A DNA stretch of 30,853 nucleotides from a virus (IMGVR_UViG_2619619129_000009); one strand, 5' to 3'; shown: positions 17,886 through 27,396, counted from the first letter of the stretch. Translations and numbers: made by a program. Notes: a model not told the origin generated them from the sequence alone.

Positions 17886-18740
17886 TCAGCAGTTCGTCAT
17901 CAGGGCGTCACCGCCACCGCCGGTGGCCTTGCTGCGGCGCTGCTGGGTCAGACTTTCGGTGTGGTCGAGACTGTTTTTCAGGCGGGTGAATGCCTGACTG
18001 GTTTCATCCGCCCTGTCAGTCACATCCTGCTTAAGTGCGGAAAAGGCGGTTTCCATCTCAGCAAGGCGCTGCTCAGTGGCGCTCAGTTTTTCCTGCACAT
18101 GCTCAGCGACAGCGGTCACCGCTTCATGCACGTCATTCAGACGGGCGTCATCGCTCGCCTGTTTGCGGCCAAAAATGGATTTCACCTTTTCGGTCAGGGC
18201 GGTGAACACGGTTTCAGGCAGGTCTTCAAATTCCAGCTCAACGGGCGTTGCCACTGAAATCAGGTTTTCAGGGCTTAATTTGAAGCGGTTCAGAGGGTTG
18301 TGTTTTGCCGTGCGGCAGAATTCCAGGTATTCCGTGCCGAGGCTTGCCGGGTCATCGGTGACGGCCAGCCCCACCAGATAACATTTGCCGGTGTTGGCAA
18401 AGTTCGGCTGAATTTCCATTGAGGTATAGACCTTCTGCGCGGCCTTGTTCATCGCGATAAGGTCATCGGTCGGGGTGATTTTCGCAAACAGCGCCCATTT
18501 GCCTTTCAGCGCCGAATCATCGTCAATCTTTTCGGCCTTCAGTTCGGCCACATCACCATAACGTTTAAAAATACCGTCAGGCAGGATGCCGCGCAGATGT
18601 TCCAGGTTAATACGGCAACCATAGACACGCGGGTCAAAGGTTTCGGCCATTTCCTGAATATCCTGCGCACTGATGACACGCCCGTCACAGGTGTCACCCT
18701 CAACGCCGATACGAAAGAATTTTGAGACTTTTTTTGCCAT
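17886..18740 (-). CDS. O: Capsid scaffolding protein O, 284 aa from internal Met MAKKVSKFF
   Basis: Trimmed ORF gives the P2 gpO length; transcribed divergently from P. Confidence 0.85.
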   Translation of the reverse strand: MAKKVSKFFRIGVEGDTCDGRVISAQDIQEMAETFDPRVYGCRINLEHLRGILPDGIFKRYGDVAELKAEKIDDDSALKGKWALFAKITPTDDLIAMNKAAQKVYTSMEIQPNFANTGKCYLVGLAVTDDPASLGTEYLEFCRTAKHNPLNRFKLSPENLISVATPVELEFEDLPETVFTALTEKVKSIFGRKQASDDARLNDVHEAVTAVAEHVQEKLSATEQRLAEMETAFSALKQDVTDRADETSQAFTRLKNSLDHTESLTQQRRSKATGGGGDALMTNC

Positions 18741-18913
18741 TGTCAGGAGTCCTGAATAGTGATTAGAGGAGTCACATGTCGGCATCAGTTTCCCGACGAT
18801 GCACATCCTCCGCCATCAGTCCCGGATGGCTTATCACTGACACAACAGCACCTTAGCGAATCGCGGGGCGCGACTCAGTAGCCTTGCCGTGTATTCATCA
18901 CGGCGAGGTATTC

Positions 18914-20686
18914 ATGACCATCACCACAGACACCACTCTTTTACACGACCCGCGTCGTCAGGCGGCGCTGCTGTACTGGCAGGGGTTTTCCGTGCCGCAG
19001 ATTGCCGCCATGTTGCAGATGAAACGCCCGACGGTGCAGAGCTGGAAACAGCGCGACGGCTGGGACAGCGTTGCCCCCATCAGCCGTGTCGAAATGAGTC
19101 TGGAAGCGCGGCTGACCCAGCTCATCATCAAACCGCAGAAAACCGGCGGGGACTTCAAGGAAATTGACCTGCTGGGACGCCAGATTGAACGACTGGCACG
19201 GGTCAACCGTTACAGCCAGACCGGCAACGAGGCAGACCTTAATCCGAACGTCGCTAACCGCAACAAAGGCGAACGCCGCAAACCGAAAAAGAATTTTTTC
19301 AGTGACGAGGCCATCGAAAAGCTGGAGCAGATTTTCTTTGAGCAGTCTTTCGAATATCAGTTGCACTGGTATCGCGCCGGGCTTGAGCACCGCATCCGCG
19401 ATATCCTGAAATCCCGCCAGATTGGCGCGACGTTTTATTTTTCCCGCGAGGCGCTGCTGCGCGCCCTGAAAACCGGTCATAACCAGATTTTTCTGTCGGC
19501 CAGTAAAACGCAGGCGTATGTGTTCCGCGAATACATCATCGCCTTTGCCCGGCTGGTTGACGTTGACCTGACCGGTGACCCGATTGTCCTGGGCAATAAC
19601 GGCGCAAAACTGATTTTTCTCGGCACCAACTCCAACACCGCGCAGAGCCATAACGGCGACCTGTACGTCGACGAGATTTTCTGGATCCCGAATTTTCAGG
19701 TACTGCGTAAGGTGGCATCAGGTATGGCCTCACAGAGTCACCTGCGTTCGACCTATTTCTCCACCCCGTCCACGCTGGCGCACGACGCCTACCCGTTCTG
19801 GTCGGGTGAACTGTTCAACCGGGGACGCGCCAGCGCCGCCGAACGCGTGGAAATCGACGTCAGTCATAACGCCCTTGCCGGTGGGCTTCTCTGTGCAGAC
19901 GGCCAGTGGCGGCAGATTGTCACCATTGAGGACGCGTTGAAAGGCGGCTGCACGCTGTTCGACATTGAGCAGCTCAAACGTGAAAACAGCGCCGACGATT
20001 TTAAAAACCTGTTCATGTGTGAATTTGTTGACGACAAGGCGTCGGTGTTCCCGTTCGAGGAGCTGCAACGCTGCATGGTCGACACGCTGGAAGAATGGGA
20101 AGACTATGCGCCGTTTGCCGCGAATCCGTTCGGCTCCCGCCCGGTATGGATTGGTTACGACCCGTCACACCGTGGCGACAGCGCCGGATGCGTGGTACTG
20201 GCACCGCCGGTGGTGGCCGGTGGCAAATTCAGAATACTTGAGCGTCACCAGTGGAAAGGCATGGACTTTGCCACTCAGGCGGAATCCATCCGCAAACTCA
20301 CCGAAAAATACAACGTCGAATACATCGGTATTGATGCCACCGGCCTCGGTGTCGGCGTGTTCCAGCTCGTGCGCTCGTTCTATCCCGCCGCGCGTGATAT
20401 CCGCTACACGCCGGAAATGAAAACCGCAATGGTGCTCAAGGCAAAAGACGTTATCCGCCGTGGCTGTCTGGAATACGACGTCAGCGCCACCGACATCACC
20501 AGCTCGTTTATGGCTATCCGCAAGACCATGACCAGCAGCGGACGCAGCGCCACCTATGAGGCCAGCCGCAGCGAGGAAGCCAGCCACGCCGACCTCGCCT
20601 GGGCGACCATGCACGCCCTGTTAAATGAGCCACTCACCGCCGGTATCAGCACCCCGCTGACATCCACCATTCTGGAGTTTTACTGA
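18914..20686 (+). CDS. P: Terminase large (ATPase) subunit P, 590 aa from Met MTITTDTT
   Basis: Trimmed ORF gives the P2 gpP length; upstream of Q on the same strand. Confidence 0.85.
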   Translation: MTITTDTTLLHDPRRQAALLYWQGFSVPQIAAMLQMKRPTVQSWKQRDGWDSVAPISRVEMSLEARLTQLIIKPQKTGGDFKEIDLLGRQIERLARVNRYSQTGNEADLNPNVANRNKGERRKPKKNFFSDEAIEKLEQIFFEQSFEYQLHWYRAGLEHRIRDILKSRQIGATFYFSREALLRALKTGHNQIFLSASKTQAYVFREYIIAFARLVDVDLTGDPIVLGNNGAKLIFLGTNSNTAQSHNGDLYVDEIFWIPNFQVLRKVASGMASQSHLRSTYFSTPSTLAHDAYPFWSGELFNRGRASAAERVEIDVSHNALAGGLLCADGQWRQIVTIEDALKGGCTLFDIEQLKRENSADDFKNLFMCEFVDDKASVFPFEELQRCMVDTLEEWEDYAPFAANPFGSRPVWIGYDPSHRGDSAGCVVLAPPVVAGGKFRILERHQWKGMDFATQAESIRKLTEKYNVEYIGIDATGLGVGVFQLVRSFYPAARDIRYTPEMKTAMVLKAKDVIRRGCLEYDVSATDITSSFMAIRKTMTSSGRSATYEASRSEEASHADLAWATMHALLNEPLTAGISTPLTSTILEFY

Positions 20687-21720
20687 TGAGCAAGAAAAAA
20701 GGGAAAACACCGCAACCTGCGGCAAAAAAAATGACCGCCAGCGCCCCGAAAATGGAGGCATTCACCTTTGGTGAGCCGGTGCCGGTACTCGACCGCCGTG
20801 ACATTCTGGATTACGTCGAGTGCATCAGTAACGGCAGATGGTATGAGCCACCGGTCAGCTTTACCGGTCTGGCAAAAAGCCTGCGTGCTGCCGTGCATCA
20901 CAGCTCACCGATTTACGTCAAACGCAATATTCTGGCCTCGACATTTATCCCGCATCCGTGGCTTTCCCAGCAGGATTTCAGCCGCTTTGTGCTGGATTTT
21001 CTGGTGTTCGGTAATGCGTTTCTGGAAAAGCGTTACAGCACCACCGGTAAGGTCATCAGACTGGAAACCTCACCGGCAAAATATCCCCGCCGTGGCGTGG
21101 AAGAGGATGTTTACTGGTGGGTGCCGTCCTTCCATGAGCCGACACCTTTCGCGCCCGGCTCCGTGTTTCACCTGCTGGAGCCGGATATTAATCAGGAGCT
21201 GTACGGTCTGCCGGAATATCTCAGCGCCCTTAACTCTGCCTGGCTGAATGAATCAGCCACGCTGTTCCGCCGCAAGTATTACGAAAACGGCGCTCATGCC
21301 GGATACATCATGTACGTCACTGATGCCGTGCAGGATCGCAACGATATCGAAATGCTCCGCGAAAACATGGTTAAGTCAAAAGGCCGCAACAACTTTAAAA
21401 ACCTGTTTCTCTATGCCCCACAGGGAAAAGCCGACGGCATTAAAATTATCCCGCTCAGTGAAGTGGCGACGAAGGACGATTTTTTTAATATCAAAAAAGC
21501 CAGTGCCGCAGACCTGCTGGACGCGCACCGCATCCCCTTTCAGTTGATGGGCGGCAAGCCGGAGAACGTCGGGTCGCTGGGTGATATTGAGAAAGTGGCA
21601 AAGGTCTTTGTCCGCAATGAGCTTATCCCGTTACAGGACAGGATCCGCGAGATAAACGGCTGGCTCGGTCAGGAGGTCATCCGCTTTAAAAACTACTCAC
21701 TGGACACTGACAACGGCTGA
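20686..21720 (+). CDS. Q: Portal protein Q, 344 aa
   Basis: 344-aa ORF, matching P2 gpQ length; start overlaps the P stop; next to cos. Confidence 0.9.
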   Translation: MSKKKGKTPQPAAKKMTASAPKMEAFTFGEPVPVLDRRDILDYVECISNGRWYEPPVSFTGLAKSLRAAVHHSSPIYVKRNILASTFIPHPWLSQQDFSRFVLDFLVFGNAFLEKRYSTTGKVIRLETSPAKYPRRGVEEDVYWWVPSFHEPTPFAPGSVFHLLEPDINQELYGLPEYLSALNSAWLNESATLFRRKYYENGAHAGYIMYVTDAVQDRNDIEMLRENMVKSKGRNNFKNLFLYAPQGKADGIKIIPLSEVATKDDFFNIKKASAADLLDAHRIPFQLMGGKPENVGSLGDIEKVAKVFVRNELIPLQDRIREINGWLGQEVIRFKNYSLDTDNG

Positions 21721-21725
21721 ACATC

Positions 21726-21747
21726 GCCGCCTGCGGGCGGCTTTTTT
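21726..21747 (+). terminator. Rho-independent terminator after Q
   Basis: GC stem gccgcc/ggcggc with a 4-nt loop, followed by TTTTTT, right after the Q stop codon. Confidence 0.6.
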
Positions 21748-21889
21748 ACAGCCCGTCATCACGCCCTCACACACTCACCACCGCACAAAACAGCCCGCAG
21801 ACACACCAACGCCCCGGCGCACAATCTAAACGCCATCACGACGCGCTCAGACGCTGAAAAAATAAAATCAGCACCACCGCCAGCGCGCA

Positions 21890-21908
21890 GTGCTTTCCCC
21901 GCCTCGCC
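21890..21908 (-). other. cos: cos cohesive-end sequence
   Basis: Plus strand GTGCTTTCCCCGCCTCGCC is the reverse complement of GGCGAGGCGGGGAAAGCAC, which I recall as the 19-nt P2/186 cohesive end; lies beside Q as expected. Confidence 0.6.
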
Positions 21909-22093
21909 CGCCCGCTTCATGGGGCGTTTTTAATGCAGTTGCATGAACACTCCAAGAGCACACCATCGCTAGTGATAACTAACAATAAAAGCGACTTCTG
22001 ACGCATGCAAATCCATGCACATGATGGCATTTTTCATGATCTATGCGGTATGCTATCCGCTTCAATTTTTAACACTTGTTAAGGGAGCTAGAC

Positions 22094-23236
22094 ATGGACA
22101 TTATTGATTTAAAATCTCAACTAGAAAATGAAGATAATGCCAAGAAAAGAGCAGAGTTGCTTGCTCAGCTAGAGGTGATAAAGCAAAACGCTGAAGAGCA
22201 AATTCGTGCTGAGCAAAAGGATGTGGATTTTGAGACCAAAGAATTTACCGTTGAGTTATTAGTTAATAAGTATCATAGCGGATTAGAGGATGATACTAAC
22301 GAACTCTTTGTTCCTGATTATCAAAGGGATTTTGTTTGGAGTGAAAAAAGACAATCAAGATTGATAGAGTCTTTGATTTTGGGTTTTCCTATACCATATA
22401 TATTTACAGCAGATGTTCTCTCCGAAGATCCCGATTTAGATGGGCGAATTGAGATTGTTGATGGCTCACAGCGAGTTAGGACTATACACGCTTTTATCCA
22501 AAATGAATTAGTTTTACAAGATCTGAAATCTTTAGACGCCCTTAATGGTTTCAAATTCCAAGATTTACCATTATCACGTCAACGTCGTTTCATGAGAATT
22601 CCTGTCCGCGTTATAGAATTGAGTTCTAAATGCAATGAAGAAACCCGTAGAGATCTTTTTGAACGTATTAACTCTGGCAGCGATATATTGAAAGATATGG
22701 AAGTCCGTAAAGGATCAGAACTTGGTTCAACAAATTTATATACACAGGTTATTAAGCCATGCTCAACAATACCTAAATTTAAAGAATTAGCCCCTTTATC
22801 TCAGACTAAAGAAAAACGAGATGAACGGTTAGAATTTACATTAAGATTCTTTGCCTACTTAGATAAGTACAAGAACTTTGATCATTCCGTACGGGATTTT
22901 CTAAATGACTATATGTTAGAAAATCGAGATATAGACGAAACTAAACAAAACTCAATGAAACAAGAGTTTGCTAATGTTCTATCTTTTGTTGATAACTATT
23001 TCCCAGCAGGATTCAAGAAAACTATTACTGCAAAATCTACACCTCGAGTTAGATTCGAATCTCTCGCTGTTGGCGCAGCACTTGCATTACGTGAAATCCC
23101 TGACCTTGTTCCCAAGAACTTGGATTGGCTAAGCTCAGAAGAATTCAAACGATTGACCACTTCAGACGGAGCTAATAGTCGCGTGAAGGTAATTGAACGA
23201 ATTGAATATGTTCGGGATAAATTATTAGAGGATTAA
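22094..23236 (+). CDS. DUF262 (ParB-like / GmrSD N-terminal domain) protein, about 380 aa; candidate defence NTPase/nicking component
   Basis: Motifs PDYQRDFVW and IVDGSQRVRT (DGQQR-like) seen in the translation; start chosen at the ATG 8 nt after an AGGGAG Shine-Dalgarno; AT-rich relative to the phage backbone. Confidence 0.7.
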   Translation: MDIIDLKSQLENEDNAKKRAELLAQLEVIKQNAEEQIRAEQKDVDFETKEFTVELLVNKYHSGLEDDTNELFVPDYQRDFVWSEKRQSRLIESLILGFPIPYIFTADVLSEDPDLDGRIEIVDGSQRVRTIHAFIQNELVLQDLKSLDALNGFKFQDLPLSRQRRFMRIPVRVIELSSKCNEETRRDLFERINSGSDILKDMEVRKGSELGSTNLYTQVIKPCSTIPKFKELAPLSQTKEKRDERLEFTLRFFAYLDKYKNFDHSVRDFLNDYMLENRDIDETKQNSMKQEFANVLSFVDNYFPAGFKKTITAKSTPRVRFESLAVGAALALREIPDLVPKNLDWLSSEEFKRLTTSDGANSRVKVIERIEYVRDKLLED

Positions 23237-23237
23237 C

Positions 23238-23918
23238 ATGGATCGTTTTCGTGAGGATTTTGACGAAAGGTCAGGAGAGATCTTGGCCTATTTAGATCTT
23301 TTGAAATTTATTGAGTATGCCGGTGCAGAACTGATATCATCTGATGATAAAGAACATAAGTTCTCCATTACTGCTCAATCACGAAAAACTCTAAAGGGGG
23401 CAGTATATATTCTATTATATAACCTCATTGAATCAACAATGAGAGAAGCTATCTGCCTTATTCATGAGACTATTTATGATAGAAACGTAGAATTTGACAA
23501 ACTCAGGAAAAATATCAGGTCAGAAATATTAAAAAGATTAAAAAATGAATCTGTAAATATTGAAAGTTTAGTTAACCGTCTTACTAAAGGTATATCTTGC
23601 GGTATATCTTATGGCACTTTCAACAAAAAGAAAATATTCTCAGGAAATATTGATAGAGAGGAAATCAAAGAAAAATCGAAAATATATGGTTTTTCAACAT
23701 ATTCTGATTACACTCACACTAAACATGGTGAAAAATTAGCCACTGTCAAACAACATCGTAATGATTTATCTCATGGCAATGTATCATTTGCTGAGATTGG
23801 AAAAAATGTTTCATATCAGGACTTAGAGAATATTTCATTAGAAGTAATCGCCTATCTTGATGCAATCGCGAATAATATAGAGCACTATATAAATAATAAT
23901 GAATATTTAGAACAATAG
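23238..23918 (+). CDS. HEPN-like putative nuclease, 226 aa, translationally coupled to the DUF262 gene
   Basis: C-terminal HRNDLSHG contains an R-x4-H HEPN-type motif; start codon 1 nt after the upstream stop with a GAGGA RBS; family assignment is from recalled pattern, not a search. Confidence 0.5.
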   Translation: MDRFREDFDERSGEILAYLDLLKFIEYAGAELISSDDKEHKFSITAQSRKTLKGAVYILLYNLIESTMREAICLIHETIYDRNVEFDKLRKNIRSEILKRLKNESVNIESLVNRLTKGISCGISYGTFNKKKIFSGNIDREEIKEKSKIYGFSTYSDYTHTKHGEKLATVKQHRNDLSHGNVSFAEIGKNVSYQDLENISLEVIAYLDAIANNIEHYINNNEYLEQ

Positions 23919-23924
23919 TAATAA

Positions 23925-23947
23925 GGCCTGCAAAGCAGGCCATTTTA
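23925..23947. terminator. Bidirectional rho-independent terminator between the convergent HEPN and methyltransferase genes
   Basis: Perfect stem ggcctgc / gcaggcc with loop aaa, flanked by T-rich runs on both strands. Confidence 0.65.
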
Positions 23948-24973
23948 TCATTCTAAATGGTTCTTGATTGATTGCCCAATTGCTTTTCCTAGTTCCACAG
24001 GAACAGCATTACCTATCATTTTCCCAATACTTCTTATAACAAACTTGTCTTTGTCTTCTACAAAGATATAATCCATCGGAAAAGTTTGCAATAAAGCAGC
24101 CTCTCTAAGAGAAATCGCTCTATGCTGTTCTGGATGTCCAAAACGTCCATTTCCGAAACCATAACAAAGAGTTGTAATTGTTGGACTCGGCTTATCCCAA
24201 GACATGCGCCCATATACACTAGCATATCCTTTACCGCTAGATTTCATATGACAAGCAGCAATCAGCTCCTTCGGCCAGTCCTTCCATGTACCACCAGGAA
24301 CAGAGTGTATAATTCTTTTTTTATTAATCGGATTTAATTTACTGGCTCTATGTAATATATCATTTGGATCTGTTTGGCCATCTTCTAACGGAGGAAGATT
24401 TCCTATTGCATCTCTAACTGTTTTCAAAATAACATCGTCACGTTTTACTAACTCAATCGCCCCCAATTTTGAAGCCAACAATACATGACGGGAACGGTTT
24501 TGTGGGATTCCATATTCGACACAATCAACCTTCGACGCCCAAACATAATAGCCCAACTTTAACAATGAATTATAAAAATCATTATAAACTTTATGTTTAG
24601 TTACATCAGGAACGTTCTCCATTGTTACGATTTCTGGAGATACTTCGCGAATTAAACGTTCGAACTCATAAAGAAGAGGCCATTTTTTATCATCAGCCTT
24701 ATCTTTTCCTTGAGTATATTTTGAAAAAGGTTGGCAAGGTGCGCATCCTGCCAATACTTTTACAGACGCATCACCATAAAGCCTCAGCAGTTCCTCTTTT
24801 GTTACTTTAGCGATATCTTGCTCAATAAACTTAGATTTATTGTTTCTTTCATAGGGAAACCGACATTCCCCCTCAAGGTCTATGCCTGCAACGACATCAA
24901 GCCCCGCAAGCTGTAAACCATGAGTTAATCCGCCAGCACCACAAAAAAGGTCTATCACCTTTACAGTCATCAT
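23948..24973 (-). CDS. DNA (cytosine-5)-methyltransferase, 341 aa
   Basis: Motif I DLFCGAGG, motif IV GCAPCQPFS (catalytic Pro-Cys), motif VI ENV (TMENVPD) seen in the translation. Confidence 0.85.
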   Translation of the reverse strand: MMTVKVIDLFCGAGGLTHGLQLAGLDVVAGIDLEGECRFPYERNNKSKFIEQDIAKVTKEELLRLYGDASVKVLAGCAPCQPFSKYTQGKDKADDKKWPLLYEFERLIREVSPEIVTMENVPDVTKHKVYNDFYNSLLKLGYYVWASKVDCVEYGIPQNRSRHVLLASKLGAIELVKRDDVILKTVRDAIGNLPPLEDGQTDPNDILHRASKLNPINKKRIIHSVPGGTWKDWPKELIAACHMKSSGKGYASVYGRMSWDKPSPTITTLCYGFGNGRFGHPEQHRAISLREAALLQTFPMDYIFVEDKDKFVIRSIGKMIGNAVPVELGKAIGQSIKNHLE

Positions 24974-25056
24974 TCACTCCAAATCTATACGATGCTCAGT
25001 ATACATCCCTTTCTACAAAATCTCGAGGCCTAACTTATAAACTCCTATTGATTGAG

Positions 25057-27396
25057 TTAACGCTTCACTGAGTTTGACTCTAATACTGTTGAGAATCCCG
25101 GCCACTCATCAGCGACCTGATAAGTAAAATGTTTCCCGTCATAATTTACGGTCGCCCCACGCGCCAGCGCCTCAAGCTCCCATCGCTGCGGCCTGATACC
25201 GTTCTGAGCGAGGTCAACGCGGATACGGGTAATTTGCATTCGTTCCGACCGGGTCAGTCTGGCCGATGGTGCCATTTCATACTGTTTTAACGGGCTTCCG
25301 TTTCTCTGCTGACGATTTGGTGTTCTCAGCCCGTGTTTTAATGCGCCCCTGAGCGCCCTCACGACCTCCGGGTCATTCCATTCGATAACACCGTCATCAA
25401 CCAGATTAAGCACTGCTGCGGCGTGCTCAGAAGGCGTGGGAGCCGGTAACGAAGTATCACCGCTGGTGAGCTTTCCACAGTTATTGACAGGACTCCGAGG
25501 CGCGGCGATGCCGCTTTTTAAAGTCAAAGGCTCAACGACCGGAACTTTCGGCACAATGCGCCAGTCCGTCGTTCTGGTGATATGAATATGACGCGCGCCG
25601 AGATGCGGCGCGTAAATGCCGACCACTCTCTCGACCTCTTCCTCGTACTCGTTAACGTCATCCGACAGACTACGGGCGACCCTGACAGTCTGACAATCGC
25701 GCGGGACATTTGCCCCACCCTGCGCGCTGATATACAGCGCAAAATCACCACTGTCTGCGGCGGCGCGTGCAGCCTCGACGCGCTCGTCAAACTCATCAGC
25801 AATGCTGACGCCGCGAGGCAATTTGCGTAGTTCACGGTAAGCCCCCATTGTCGGCAGGCCAACCGTTTTAAATTGCGGAATGCGCCACGTTGACGCCCAT
25901 GCGGTAACAGCCGCTGCAGTGTCTTTCAGCGGCCTGCCGGTGTCGTTATCGAGCTGACCATCCAGTGCATAGCCGTCGATGTTTTTTGAAATGTATTTCG
26001 CGATATATCCCGCAGCACCGCCCCGGTTAAGGTGTTTTGCCTGAAAACGGTTTCGCGCGGCTCCTCTTTCGTCGCCATCCTCTTTGAGCGCATAGCGACG
26101 CATGATTTCGATAATCTGGTTACGCTGGCGTGGATGACAAAAAAGCATCATATGCCAGTGCGGCGTTCCGTCGTGGTGTGGCTCGACGACTCGCAAACCG
26201 TAGACCTGTAAATCATTATCCTTGAATGCCGTGCGCATCAGGCTCCAGATACGGCAGAGATAACGCTGCGCATCCTTTGGATTAAATGCCTCATCGTTCC
26301 AGCCGTGATTAAGCTGAACGGTTTTACTTTCGCCTTTTCCGACCTGACGTGTCGGGTGATACTTTGACGGCGCGGTCAGCGTGATAAACATCCCCACATC
26401 ACCCTCTGCGGCGGCGTAACGCTCAATACCGGCAATGGTGTTCATCAGCTCCATCCGGCGAATTTCAGGATTAGAAATACTGCCCATCACCTTACTGATA
26501 AGGTCGATGCGCTCGCCGGTTTCCCTGTTTTCAAGGTCACACGATTTAAGAAATTCCAGATTTGCCTGGCGGCGCGCACGCACATCACGAATGGCGTGTT
26601 TACTGGCATAAGGAGAACGGTCTTTATTGACCTCCCCGACAGCTATCAGTAACGCCTCATGCCAGCGCATACGCTGGCCTTTAAGCTGATGAGTCCACCA
26701 CTCATCGTTAAACAGGCGGGCAATGGCAGAATATGCCTGCCTCGTGGTCATCTGTCCTTTACGGTATTTTTTCCAGTAGAGCGGGGAAATATTGAAAGCA
26801 CGTGCAGCGCCAGCAACATGACCATACAGGTGAGCCTGCGCCTCATCCGTAAACAGCGATTCTTTTTCACCATGCGCATCCACCCATGCATCGCAGAGTT
26901 CCTCATACATCATGAAAAGCTGCGATGAGATACGGGCGGCAAACTTTTTCAGCTCCTTGTCATTCATTCCCGGCAGGCGCGCATAGTGGTCACGCTCTGC
27001 CAGAAACAGCAACGACGCGTCGGTGTTCATTTCATGGCGCTGATTCACACGCTCAATGCGCGGCCATAAACGACGCTGAAAAGTAGATGTGAGGAAATAA
27101 AACCCGTGCACCGGGCTTTTATTGCGCCGGATGTAGTCATAGCGTGAAGTAAACAGCGAGCGCAAAAAGTAAGGCAGGCGGTTAATCGTGGATAAAACAC
27201 CTTGCACCTGACGCATCTCGTCACGTGTAAGAGGTCTTTCGCGCCCGACAGCCTCGCGTGGCGCGTTCCATGCATAAGCACCGGTAAACGCCTTACCGGT
27301 GCCTGCGGCAAATGCTGACGGAGGGACAAAACGCCCGGAGGCTTTAACGGCCATATGAGCCAAAAGCCTCTGAACAACGCCTGCTGAGTTGCTCAA
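25057..27396 (-). CDS. A: Replication initiator A (rolling-circle HUH endonuclease); 779-aa ORF, true start possibly the internal Met at 27354
   Basis: HUH motif (PHWHMMLF) and tyrosine motif (YIAKYISKN) seen; size and position match P2 gpA. Confidence 0.85.
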   Translation of the reverse strand: MSNSAGVVQRLLAHMAVKASGRFVPPSAFAAGTGKAFTGAYAWNAPREAVGRERPLTRDEMRQVQGVLSTINRLPYFLRSLFTSRYDYIRRNKSPVHGFYFLTSTFQRRLWPRIERVNQRHEMNTDASLLFLAERDHYARLPGMNDKELKKFAARISSQLFMMYEELCDAWVDAHGEKESLFTDEAQAHLYGHVAGAARAFNISPLYWKKYRKGQMTTRQAYSAIARLFNDEWWTHQLKGQRMRWHEALLIAVGEVNKDRSPYASKHAIRDVRARRQANLEFLKSCDLENRETGERIDLISKVMGSISNPEIRRMELMNTIAGIERYAAAEGDVGMFITLTAPSKYHPTRQVGKGESKTVQLNHGWNDEAFNPKDAQRYLCRIWSLMRTAFKDNDLQVYGLRVVEPHHDGTPHWHMMLFCHPRQRNQIIEIMRRYALKEDGDERGAARNRFQAKHLNRGGAAGYIAKYISKNIDGYALDGQLDNDTGRPLKDTAAAVTAWASTWRIPQFKTVGLPTMGAYRELRKLPRGVSIADEFDERVEAARAAADSGDFALYISAQGGANVPRDCQTVRVARSLSDDVNEYEEEVERVVGIYAPHLGARHIHITRTTDWRIVPKVPVVEPLTLKSGIAAPRSPVNNCGKLTSGDTSLPAPTPSEHAAAVLNLVDDGVIEWNDPEVVRALRGALKHGLRTPNRQQRNGSPLKQYEMAPSARLTRSERMQITRIRVDLAQNGIRPQRWELEALARGATVNYDGKHFTYQVADEWPGFSTVLESNSVKR

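Noticed and set aside
18941-19651. 236-aa minus-strand ORF and other ORFs overlapping P (19730-20068, 20165-20614, 19965-20420)
   Set aside because: Antisense or alternative-frame ORFs inside the terminase large subunit gene.
22076-22093. Upstream start (MLRELD) for the DUF262 gene
   Set aside because: The ATG at 22094 is preceded at proper spacing by an AGGGAG Shine-Dalgarno, while the upstream ATG has none; the downstream start is preferred, though not certain.
25524-25862. 112-aa and 82-aa ORFs inside gene A, and similar ones at 26659-26928 and 27045-27377
   Set aside because: Internal alternative-frame or antisense ORFs within the well-supported replication gene A.
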